From Basidiobolus meristosporus CBS 931.73 (Eukaryota > Fungi > Basidiobolomycota), in the NCBI GenBank assembly GCA_002104905.1, contig MCFE01000264.1:44362-108361 (forward strand): a stretch of DNA of 64,000 nt, in the 5' to 3' direction. The translations under genes and the position numbers were made by a program. Each line of letters starts with the position of its first letter. Positions within the stretch are counted from its first letter, which is position 1. The notes beneath the pieces were generated by a model. That model was not told the origin of the DNA and ran no database searches. It saw only the letters and a list, made by a program, of their open reading frames with translations. Of the stretch, positions 47,750 to 58,673 are shown one piece after another.

Positions 47750-50739
47750 TATGTGGCACCATCCAACAAGACAAGTCTACTGAGTGTGGTACTTTTTAGG
47801 CTCACAATACTGGTTGGACTGCATGAGCTTCTTTATACAGGGTATTACCAGAATATATTTGGTGTGAGCAATGTTTTCCCCAAAAGTGGTGATTCCTGAC
47901 AAGTTGGATGCCTTGCAATGGTTATATTTTCTGATGTAAGCACTATGCAACTGTTGGCACATGCCGGTATCAGGTCAGTCTCTGGGTCTTATGATGCCAG
48001 CCACACAATGGTTGTCCACTTGTACTGTGTATGTGGTAAGTTGCATCCTGGGATGATTTTGGCAATAGGTAGTAGTAAATCTTCAGAGCCCCCATTACTG
48101 ATATTGGTGGAAATGCACCACTTCTCTAGCTACAACATTTCATCATTCCCCAGTAGATGGGTTACTTGGCTCACTTGACTCCATAAAGTATCCTTGGCAT
48201 TTTTTTCCACGGGTGTTGTCTCATTTCATAATGGGATTGTGGCAGGCTCATGCAGGGTACTGTTGCTAGGGAAGATGGGATCACAATCTATCAGTGAGCC
48301 TGCTTCTGGAGAGCTATAACGCTCTGTGCCATATTCAGAAAGCTGAGATGAGCCAAAAGGCATCACAAACTCCCCTGACTCAGTTTGTGCAAAGTGACAA
48401 GTACAGCCAGATATTGCTATAGAAGTATCCAGTAGCCAGCAAGATATTATTGGTACAGTAGTGACTGGTGAATGGTCAAATATGACTTGTAAGCCAAAAC
48501 ACTGGCCATGATCCTTTTAATACTTTCTATGCAGTCTGCATGCTGCTTAATTGAGCGGCTGATTACAATAGCCACATGGTCTTTTTTCTCTTCTCTTATG
48601 GCATTGAATCAAAGTAGTCTTGTCAATGGGGTAAACAGTTTGACACTCAACAATGTAATGCTATTATATCACTTTTTTGTCTATACTCATGTGAATTTAA
48701 GACAGTCTTATATTTGAGACATTGCACCTAGATGAACATAAGATGCAATGATAACCTGCCATAGTAAGCATTATAAATAAAGTTGTGGTACCACATACAC
48801 ACATATATATAACTACACTTCCCCTTTGGTTTAACTTACTTCCATATAGATGCTGCCAAAAACAAAGCATAGTTGTCTTGTTCCAAACTAAACCCCACTG
48901 CTGACAGCAGCAGACAAATGGTTGGACAACAGCTTGCTTTGGCATTTAGTGCAACATGCAGGGCTACAACTAAAAAAGGCCCTGTGGGCAGAGTGCCCAC
49001 CAAGGGGAAAAATGCAGACTCCTTAGGCTCTTAGTCAAGTAGGCAATTGGGAATCTCTGCAGAGCCACTAGCTGTCCATATAGCTGAGGCAAATGAGAAT
49101 GTAGCAAAAGCAGTACCTTCATTTGAAGACCAGCAAGTGGCCATTGTAACATCACCACCACCAGTATTACCAACCATGTTGTCAGCACATACCAAAGCAT
49201 GTATGAGGCAATTAGGTGTAGTAGCTAATAGGACAGATCCAATGGCCCATAAAAATCAGTAAATAGTCTAGAAACAGGATGAGTGGCTACAAGGTGTAGC
49301 GCACTCAATATCCCAGGTAGAGAAAGCAGTATCTTTGCTGCAAAAATGGAACTCAAGTAGCTCAATGTCATGGCCAAAATTTGAGCCATTACCAATGTAC
49401 CAGCAGAGGAACACTATACAGTCTTTGAAGCAGAACAACTGTGCCCAAAGATAGAGCCCACAGAAAAACCTATCATATCATGGAAGGGAGAAAGTGTAGT
49501 GCCTATACCAAACCATAAATGTCAAAATATATTGAAGATCTGTTAAGCTGTTGAGTGCAATTATGAAAAATGGGCAAATAGTCAAGAGGCCATCAGAAGT
49601 CCAGCACACCAACATCTCAAGGCCTGCATTCCATGCAACCATCAGGAACCCAAGGCCAAGCAGAATACACTTGACTTGCTCCATGAGCATTATTCTAGAT
49701 TCAAACATGCAAGCAGATTTGGGCAATCATTGGTAGGCTAAGAGAGTATCTTAAGAATAGCAAAAACTATCAAAGGCAGAAGCACAAGGGTGCAATGGCT
49801 AGAAACTGGCAGCTTCCTTAAGAGCCTGTTGCATGTAGGGTGTCAAAGAGGGATCAAGTAGATGAAAGAGTGCCAATAAGGGATGGTAGGCAGACACAGA
49901 TCCACCAGCACAACATTTACCAAGGAAAAAGCATAACTCTACTCAAAAAGCACTCAGTCAAAGTAGCAGCAAAGGACATTGCAGTGATAAAAACAAATGA
50001 CTACCTTAGGAGCCTGTCACAGCACTGGTTGAGAGCTTAAAACAAGCAGGAAAGAAGCATCAGGTTGCCCACAGGGTGCCATCAAGGTACAAGTAGGCCA
50101 AAACAGATGTGTCAGAGCAGCATTTATCCAGGAGAAAACATAGTTCATTACGAGAAGTACCCAGTCAAAGTAGGAGTGAAAGACCTGGAAGTGAAAATGC
50201 AAAAGGCAAAGGGAAAAAAGTCTACCCAAGCCAGACATAGGGAAGCATGAGAAAAAGCTGCAGTTCTTGCTAACTGACGCTTTAAGCCTGGAACAGACTG
50301 AATCCCACTAAAGCCAAGATGAATTACCAACTAGAAAACAGCTGTGTTCACAAAAGGTGGAGTGCAGCCAGTTGAGCTACAATCCAGTGAGGTGGATGAA
50401 TTTGCATTCAAAGGCAACTTGCCTACCACAGCCTTCAGGTCCTCCATTGTTAACCGGGTGGAGATCCCATCAGCAGACAAAATAAGTGTGCCAAGAACTC
50501 AAAAGGTTATCATAATGCCTTTGGTGGAACTTTAAAGTCTCCACTGAAATATATCAATTTGTATGAATGTAAAGTAAGAGAGACAGTGAAGTCAGGTAGT
50601 GAGGAATGTGAAAGAGAGGTAATAGCCAATCAATGCACACAAACATAGGAGGTGATAGAGTGTCCAGGATCAGAGAGTGAGAAAATTGGCAGATAACTAA
50701 TCAAAAGCCACCACTATATAATTGCAATGAAAATTTAGT

Positions 50740-51605
50740 AGTGATAAAGCTTTTCTAGTTCAGATATTTGGTATTGCAAAATTCTGGGGAGTTTTAGAAG
50801 TGATGTGGAGTTCTGGAAGATATACATGTTATCCACAAGTAGATTTATTAACTGAAAGTATGGTTTTGTACTGTTGATAAAGTAAGGGAAACAAATAAGT
50901 AGGATTTCTTAAAGAAGATCCCAAGAATATATGTGCAAGAATTGGGGTCTTTTAGACAACTCCTAGAGAGATCCCAATCTGGGTAGTTACTAATTTGATT
51001 CATATATTACAAGCAAATTTCAACAGGAATTTTGGTCAGGACAAAATGCTAACCAAACAATAAGGTCTATGTGACTAAGCTAGCATATCTATTTAGATGA
51101 CAACATTACAAAAACAACATTTTGTGTTGTCAAATTTGTATTTCTGTCTGAGTATTTACCTAACTTGGTCACTTAGATCAGTACACGCAAGTCTTGAACA
51201 ATACTGACCAAATTACTTGATGATACTTGACTAGGCCACTTTCACCATAATGTCAGGAACCCAGCTCATGAGAATTCTCATGGTGTCAAAGCAGTCCTAA
51301 GCTTTGCACACATCATCTTGGGCCCTCCCCAAGCACATTCGAAATGTTTATTATGTCACAACTGTATAAAGTGTAGATACTACTTTTCATTTAATAAATC
51401 ATTGAGTGAAACAACATAAGCCTCAAAAGCAGTGAGGGAGGTCCCAGATTTACCCTCAAAGAGGTATTCTATTTACCAGATATATCCAAGAATTTACTAT
51501 CTGTAAACAAGGCCATAGCAGAAGGACTCAGTTGCAGTTTTGACAATTCTGAATGCAGGATCACTGATCAAGATGGTGCCTATGTTACTTAGGGTATCAG
51601 AGATC
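50740..51605. mobile_element. Two back-to-back degenerate copia LTRs (~50740..51119 -, 51126..~51420 +) and a short pol fragment (~51490..51605)
   Basis: Residual matches cccaagaatatatgtgcaa, ggaattttggtcag, tacctaacttggtcacttagatc, and a match to the LSVNKATAEGL coding region. Confidence 0.65.
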
Positions 51606-51609
51606 AGAG

Positions 51610-52609
51610 TCATTGAGTGGCGTAAAAATTGGCTTGCGACCAAGAGAAATTTGCCATACCTTGGTAGAATTCTCCTGATAAAAGTTAGTTGCTTGTTGCA
51701 CCCAACCCAACTTTGCATTTCTTAATTGATTACCCATGCATTTGGGTTGCTTAGCTTTTTAAGGTCAATGGCATAAGTCTGTCCATGTGCACATTGGTCA
51801 ACAGTTATTTTTAAATCATCCTGGCTGTCCTCTATGTGCCAACTCATGGCATCTATTGCAGATGTCAAGGCAATATTCTTGATGAGATTGGGATATTGTA
51901 ATACCTGCAACTTGACTTGTCTTCCTATCTCCTGCACATCCACTTCAAAGGAAACTTCCAACAGTGAAGCAAGGCCCAATATCTGTCACACACCAAGCAA
52001 GATGGGGTAGAGAATTGATACAGTAGTAGCAGAAGTCTGTATGTTCAGCTTCACGGCTGTAGTGTAGTGGCTCAAATCCTATCACAAACACTTTGCATAA
52101 AAGCTGTAGATGCTTCAAGCTGGCATTGGTGATCTGCTTCTGGATACATATTCCTGCAATGTCAACATATGACTTCCAATGCTACCAATGTACTCTTTGT
52201 AGAAATGGCTTCCAAAGGCCATTTGAATACGTGCATTTCCAGCTCATCTAGTCCTAGCATTTTTTTTGTTGCATTTGTGTGTAGGTACTGATAGAGGCCT
52301 GTGAGAAGTGATTTGGGTAGCAGATACTATTTAATATCTTGCCAATTCTTTCAAACTTCTCCAGTTTCTCACAGGACCCATTTAGCTTAAAATGCACAGT
52401 GAACAACTACTTTGTTAGTATATATATTGTTGAAAAGCAAGTTCATTGCTACCAGTGGGAAGCTTTTGCTCCCACAGATTCCCTCTTTTGTTTGTATCTT
52501 AGGTCCCCAATTAATTCCATATTCTGGCCAATGGTGAATAGCTTGCCAACTTTGCTGCAGTTGCGTGCAGATTTCTGTGCATTCTCTCCATGTGAAGGTG
52601 ATGTTCTTA
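51610..52609 (-). pseudogene. CACTA transposase fragment
   Basis: IGRQVKLQVLQYPNLIKN and related motifs, collinear with 15800..16780. Confidence 0.82.
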
Positions 52610-53490
52610 AGACTTGTTCTATTGTACTGTACCTGGGCATGCAAAGCAATCTATGGTCTCTAAGAACAATTGGGTGAAATATTACAGCTACCAGCAGGCA
52701 AGATTGCTCATGGACAATTTTGCACCATGTGGTACAATCTTGCACAGTTTGACATAATCTGACACAATGAGGCTGGCACAAATGATTCTGCCAACTTGTA
52801 ATGTATGCATCACATGCGCAATTGGATACTGCTATGATGGTAGGTAAAATCCAGTATTTAGATATGTTTCTTTAATATAAGTGGAAATAAATATGTTGCA
52901 CACCATAAACTACACTGCTACATACCATTTTGGTTACCATCACTCCAATTGGATGGTATCTCAGTGGTTATTTGGTCCAAAAGTATACTGAAGCTATCAG
53001 CCCCCAATTGCCTCTTTGATCAATATACAAGCTACCTGATTTGCCATCAAATATCCCATTGTCCCCATTGAGCACGTAAATTGCTGTTCCTGGTGATTGG
53101 ACAAGATGCCATAGCTAGTATGCAACCAATCAAATAGGTGCGGACAGATCAAATGGCCACACTGGCGTTACAGATGATGTATATATGTGCAGGGTGTTTA
53201 TTTATAGGGGTTCTGTCTCAAATGTGAGGCAACCATGATATTACTTATATGAATGATTCAGTGATCACTGATTTGCAATGGCTTGATTTAGATTGCAAAA
53301 AAATATGCATTGATTGGATCATGACAAATAATAGCAATACAATGCAATCATATCATCTTCTCCTAAGCTTTTTCTCATAAGGATTACTACTGAAGCATTT
53401 GGTAGTGATTCACTTTGCACACCTAAAATACTTCCTTGTTGACTATCAACTTGGCTACTTGTGTATTTGTAGTCAGTATTCTGCCTCCTA
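52610..53490 (+). mobile_element. Left arm of a second Harbinger-like copy (truncated)
   Basis: Begins AGACTTGTTC directly after host TTA and closely matches 38960..39770. Confidence 0.82.
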
Positions 53491-53499
53491 ATTGGTGAT

Positions 53500-54170
53500 T
53501 CAGGTGCCCTTTTAAAGCAGTTTTTACCTTTAGTGCATTAGAAGCATTATGAGTAGATAAAGATGAAGGCAGCTTCTGTGATGCTGTCAAGGCAAAATAA
53601 TACCTTCCTAAAAGTGCAGGAGAAGAAGCCTTCAAGTGACAGAAGAATGAGCAATCGGCTATCCTTTGTATTTGCCTTGAGGTTGCGGACAAACTGGGAG
53701 AACAATACTCAAGAGCAATAATGGCAAAACATGCCTGGAAGGCATTAGATAACACAAGGCAGTAAATGCCCAGTTGATAAGCAAATGCTACTTAGATAAG
53801 AATCTGTACTTCAAATATGCTGCCAGGTAATGAAATGGAGACTTTAATATATGCAATTACCCTTGTGGATGATGAGATGGAATATGTGTGTCTACCAACA
53901 ACTGATGATGATCTGAAAGTTACCATCCTGAATAGCCTGACAGAAGAGCGCCAGCACCTTGTATCAGCTTCAGAGTCCAGAACTAAAGATTTTACCTGAT
54001 ATGTTAATTTGGCAGGATCTTTGATCAAGAGTCAGAAGAATTAAGCACCACTAAGAAAGAAGGAGAAGGTTTTTAAATACCCAATGGCAACCAACAAAGG
54101 AAATACACAAGACCCTTGAAGGCAACAGCAATCTGTTTTGCAACTGCTGCAAAGGGCAGGTTCACTCATC
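53500..54170 (+). pseudogene. Old copia gag relic
   Basis: MLPGNEMETLIYAITLVDDEMEYVCLPTTDDDLKVTILNSLT is homologous to the young gag. Confidence 0.8.
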
Positions 54171-54357
54171 ATAATTTATGAATCCACTTCACTTGAGGCA
54201 TTGCATTATTAGAGACCAAGCACAGAACATCTTACAATATATGGGCTGACAGCTCATGCCAACAAATTACCCAGAAAAAAGTTAGATATTGAGTCAGAAA
54301 AGGGAAAGTACCATTTTTGAGCTACAGTAGTTTATAAAGGGACCCTAAAGTCAGACT

Positions 54358-54520
54358 CCCTATGATAAGGCTTTTTGTCCTGCAGATGCAGTCTATCTGG
54401 ATCAGGATTCAGGATCCTATAATGAGTCTGTATGATGCTTGCAGCTTGGAATTATTGACCCTTTGCACAATCTGACAATGGGATTGTAATGGCATATTGC
54501 TGATTGTACTGCAATATGAA
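54358..54520 (+). mobile_element. Diverged CACTA terminus
   Basis: CCCTATGATAAGG...caggatcct...gcagcttggaattattgaccc aligns with the termini at 30257 and 47749 (rc). End coordinate approximate. Confidence 0.65.
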
Positions 54521-55087
54521 GTTAAAAACAGGATGGCAATTTAGCTGAGTTTTTGACTAGAATTGTATGGTATTCTATTGGTCTTAGCCATTCTGAATAT
54601 CACAAGATATAGGCCACAGAAAAACCAATTGCACCATGGGAGAGAGAGCATGCGTTATTTTGTAGTGATCTTCCGCTTAAATGTTTAAGTTAGCTCAGTT
54701 TTTAGTCAAATCAATCAGTTATATGCTCAGCCTATTAGAATATGAGTGTTATCTATCAAAGCAGTCTCATTAGTCAGCCAATGAATCAGCAGATCCTTAT
54801 TAGACAAAAATAGATATATCAAGTAGGATCTTTATGAGTGGTGAAGATGCAATCAAATGAGTCATCACTCACAACCTACATTAGGAAATAAAATAAGTCA
54901 GCAAATGATCTGGCTATATGCATTTAAGGCGCTGCTGGAATCCCAATAAAAATTAGCTCAACCTTGGAGTTGTCCAAATGGGAGTTAGCTACTTGATGTG
55001 CCAAATCCATCTTTGTATTACACAACTGAATGCCTGTGCATTGGTTGATTAGCCTCATAATTACATAGGCATAGGTGTCTTTATGTG

Positions 55088-55408
55088 TACAGCTGCATTC
55101 TCATCAAGTCCCTGCTGGTAGAGTTTACAGTTGTTTTGACTTTGGAAGCTTTAGTACATTGTCATCTCAAAGGATGCTGAACCCAGCACATACTCTTGTT
55201 AAGATGCCAACTAAGTTGGTGATTGTAGCTCAATAGTTTTCCCTTGACAAGCTTGTGGCTTTATTCCCCTTCACATTAGATTACAGACAGAACCCAAGTA
55301 TTCCTAGCAAGCTGTTGCCACAGGTTATTGCACCCAGTGAGCACCCCACACGCAAAACACTTGAGAAGTGTTGGACGTATCTCTCCCTTGGACCTATACA
55401 CCTCCACA
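55088..55408 (+). mobile_element. 1.07 kb TGT...ACA element, copy d (right part only)
   Basis: Collinear with 26765..27087, ends CACCTCCACA, followed by CTGT and host CACTA transposase. Confidence 0.85.
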
Positions 55409-57900
55409 CTGTATCAATCAAGCACAAACACATCATATATATTTGATGGCAACCACTATAACCATCTAAGCAAGGGCTACTTTGAAGGTATGCATGGCTA
55501 TGCCTTTGCCTTGGCATCTGATGGATTTTCATTAAAGAAGCACTCTAACAGCAAGTCCTACCTGCCGCTGATTCTCATCAACAAGAATCTACTCCCCATC
55601 ATATGGCATCACAGAAGAAAGCTGATGGTTGTCTCACTGGTATCTGGGCCTAAGTCATAGTCCAGCCTGGCAAGCTACCTGTATCCATTATTGGATGAAT
55701 TTTATATTGATTCCAGTGGGAAACTACTATAAGACTGTAATATCAGAGTGGATATTATTATCTGCATTGGAGATACCCCAGCTATCAGCAAGATGGCCAG
55801 CTTTTCTGTGTACAATAGATGGTATTACTTCTGGATGTTTGAGATCCAGATGATATACTCCATAACTAACACATATTATTATTATCCAAACACCAACACT
55901 AAGCACATTTTTGTGTGCAGAGCAAATGTACAGAAGTCAGCATGCTAACACACTAAAGTGGTCAGCTATAAGCCATTGGCTGGAATATGTAATTAATTGA
56001 AAACAAGATATATTTGAGATAGAGGGTGTCTGTTGGAGCAAAAGCTCTCTACTGGGAACAATCCATTTGCTTTTCAACAACATCCCTATACTGATGACCA
56101 GGTTGTACATTGGGCATTTCAAGCTAAATGAGCCCTTTCAGATACTGGAGGAATTTTTAAGAATTGGTACAATATTACAGAATATCTACTACCCTAAGTA
56201 CCTCTCACTGTTATGAATAGACACAAGGCAGGAGGAAAAGATAGGCATGGCAGGAAAGGACTTAGGTGTGGACCATCAAGGCAAGGCAGGATTCAAGGCA
56301 AGGCTGTTTATTTGAGACCTATGTGTATCAGACTGAGGAATACTTAAGGGGGGATAGGACTATATATACTTTTTGGCTATACTGATGCCAAGAGATATTA
56401 GCTAATACTAATGGGGTTGTGGGGTGAGGCACAGAAATGGTGCTGGGGATAATGACATAGATGACACGGCACTGAGACAGGATGGGGAAATGGATTGGGT
56501 CACCTGATCATGTGACTAAGTCATATGACCTGGTATTTCCATATATGGTACTGGACTATGAAAAATACGACGGGAAGCTTCCATGGAATGTTCCATTGTG
56601 TAACAATGGTATGGAATGGTCAGGAACTTTCTGGAAGGTGGTAGAAGGTTCCAGAAGGAATCTCTTAGAAATTGAGCTAGGAAGCTGAAACTTGGCATGG
56701 GTGTTCATGGTTGTCATGTGATCATGACACCTACAGGCTCCAATCAATACTAATACACATATGCAACAACACAAGTTCAAGGACTGGATGAACTGCATAT
56801 GTATTGAATCAAGTGGCCTTTGGAAGCCACTTCTACTAAGAGTACATTGCAAGCATTGGGGGTCATACATGGACATTGTTGGAATATTTATCAAGAAGCT
56901 GATCATCAATGCCAACTTGAGGCATCTGCAGCTTTTATGCAAGGATTATGTGATGGGACTTGAGCAGCTATACCACTAGCATAAAATTGAATGTGTTGGT
57001 CTCTGCTGCAACAGTATCCATTCTCTATTCCTTCTTGCTTGGTGTGCGGAAAATATTGGGCCTTGCATCACCTTTTGGGAGTTTCCAATGGAGCAGATCT
57101 GTAAGCAGATAGGAAGAGAAATCATGTTGCAGGTAGCACCATATCCCAATCTCATCAGGAATAGTATCTTCAAGTCCATCATGGATGTGCTGCATTGGCA
57201 TATGGAAGACAGCCAGGAAGAGTTGAAAAATACTGGGGACAGATGTGCACATGGAGACAGCTATGCCTTTGGGATTTAGAAGCTAAGCAGCCTCAATGCA
57301 GGGGTGATCAGTTAAGCCATGATAAATGGGGTTAGGTGCAACAAGCAACTAATCTTTATCAGGACAACTTTGTCAGAGTATGCCGGTTTTTCTTGGTCAC
57401 AAGCCAGTTTTGACACAACTTCATACAAAATACACTTATTGGGGATTAGAATCCATTAGGGAAAAGGAATTTATTGGTCAAATACCAAGAAGCACTTTGC
57501 AGATATTTAGCAGGTATTCATGGCAAAAGCAGCAGCAACCAAGTACAGGTATGCAAGATGTATGTGTTGCCCACAATATAAGGTAAATGGCAACTTTGCA
57601 AGTATCCTGCAAACGCTGTAAGCTTGAGGTGATGGAAGTGTAATAACTGCAGCAGATGCGCACATATGTAGTGGTTAGTCTACAGGAGGCCATGGTTTTT
57701 TTAATCAATATATATGTGTGATATCCATGGTAGTAGTGTGTAGGCAAATAAAAGAAGTGATTTTTCAGCGGAATATGTGAATGGTGCATGGGAAGGTAGA
57801 AAAAAATACCAATTGGTAAATTGGTATGACAGCAATATACAGAACTAGCTGTAGGCCACTATAATGCCTTTTTAATGCCAGCAAAGGTTTGCAATGATGA
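55409..57900 (+). pseudogene. CACTA transposase remnant interrupted by a solo LTR
   Basis: KGYFEG, FALASDGF, LPLILINKNL, IGDTPAISK, KDWMNC and MEQICKQIGR motifs. End coordinate approximate. Confidence 0.85.
56209..56729. mobile_element. Probable solo LTR of another family (521 bp)
   Basis: TGTTATGA...TCATGACA ends. It interrupts the transposase at a point that is continuous in other copies. Imperfect 5-bp flanks CTCAC / CCTAC. Confidence 0.7.
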
Positions 57901-58673
57901 TGTCTGAGCACAATCAAGTTTCTTGCCATGCAAGGCAATTGAATGTATTGGTCATTGCACCTATATGAATGTAACATTTGATTATGCCTCACCAGGGAAC
58001 ACATTACCAATAAAGTTGTGGCAGTACATACATAAGTAATTTTAAACCTATCCCTCCTTTGGTTTGACTAACTTCCAGACATATCTCTATGAATAATTAT
58101 TGCAATGATGCTGTTAAAAGGCTGTCACTAATTAAAAGTCCCTTGACTTCCTGTCTCAGATGTTTCTCTTACTTTTCACGCATACAAATTGATTTATATC
58201 TGTTGAAACTTCAGTTGTACCTCAATTGCCAATTGTATTGACCTTTCCAAGACCCTATACCCTGCACTAACATTAAGCCCAACTCTTCCTGTTCTCTCAC
58301 TTGGTTCAATTGGATATATATATATATATCACTTGGGGGGCTTAGATAATAGACAATGTGTTATAAAATAGGGGTGTAAATGTTGTAAAAATGTGTATTT
58401 CCACATAAATATTCACCTAGCTTAGTCACTTAGATCCTTATCTACAAATCCTAGAGAATACTGACCAAATTCCTTGTTGGGATTTACTTAGAATATTTTC
58501 ACCACAATACCAGGTACCCAGAACATGAAAATTCTCAAAGTTGTCCAAACAGCCCCAAACTTTGCACACATGCTCTTGGGACCTTCCTTAACCTATTCTA
58601 TGTGTTTATAATGCCAAGACCAGGCGAAAGTATAAATACTACTTTTACATTCAATAAATCATTAAGTGAAAAC

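Larger units (their letters stand above)
38380..47778 (+). mobile_element. PIF/Harbinger-like DNA transposon (~3.9 kb own sequence) containing a nested CACTA
   Basis: TIR AGACTTGT (38380) / ACAAGTCT (47778). 3-bp TSD ACT, confirmed against the uninterrupted host sequence at ~20500..20520. Carries a DDE transposase and a divergent second ORF. Confidence 0.82.
30257..50730 (-). mobile_element. Degenerate CACTA copy acting as host for nested insertions (own sequence 30257..30916, 36678..38379, 47779..~50730)
   Basis: Terminus CCCTATGAAAAAC at 30257. Transposase on - reads through across the junctions at 30916/36678 and 38379/47779. ORF1 lies on + at ~48950..50530. The far terminus is truncated. 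Confidence 0.82.

Noticed and set aside
58313-58330. Short (AT)n run
   Set aside because: Ordinary microsatellite of ~8 units.
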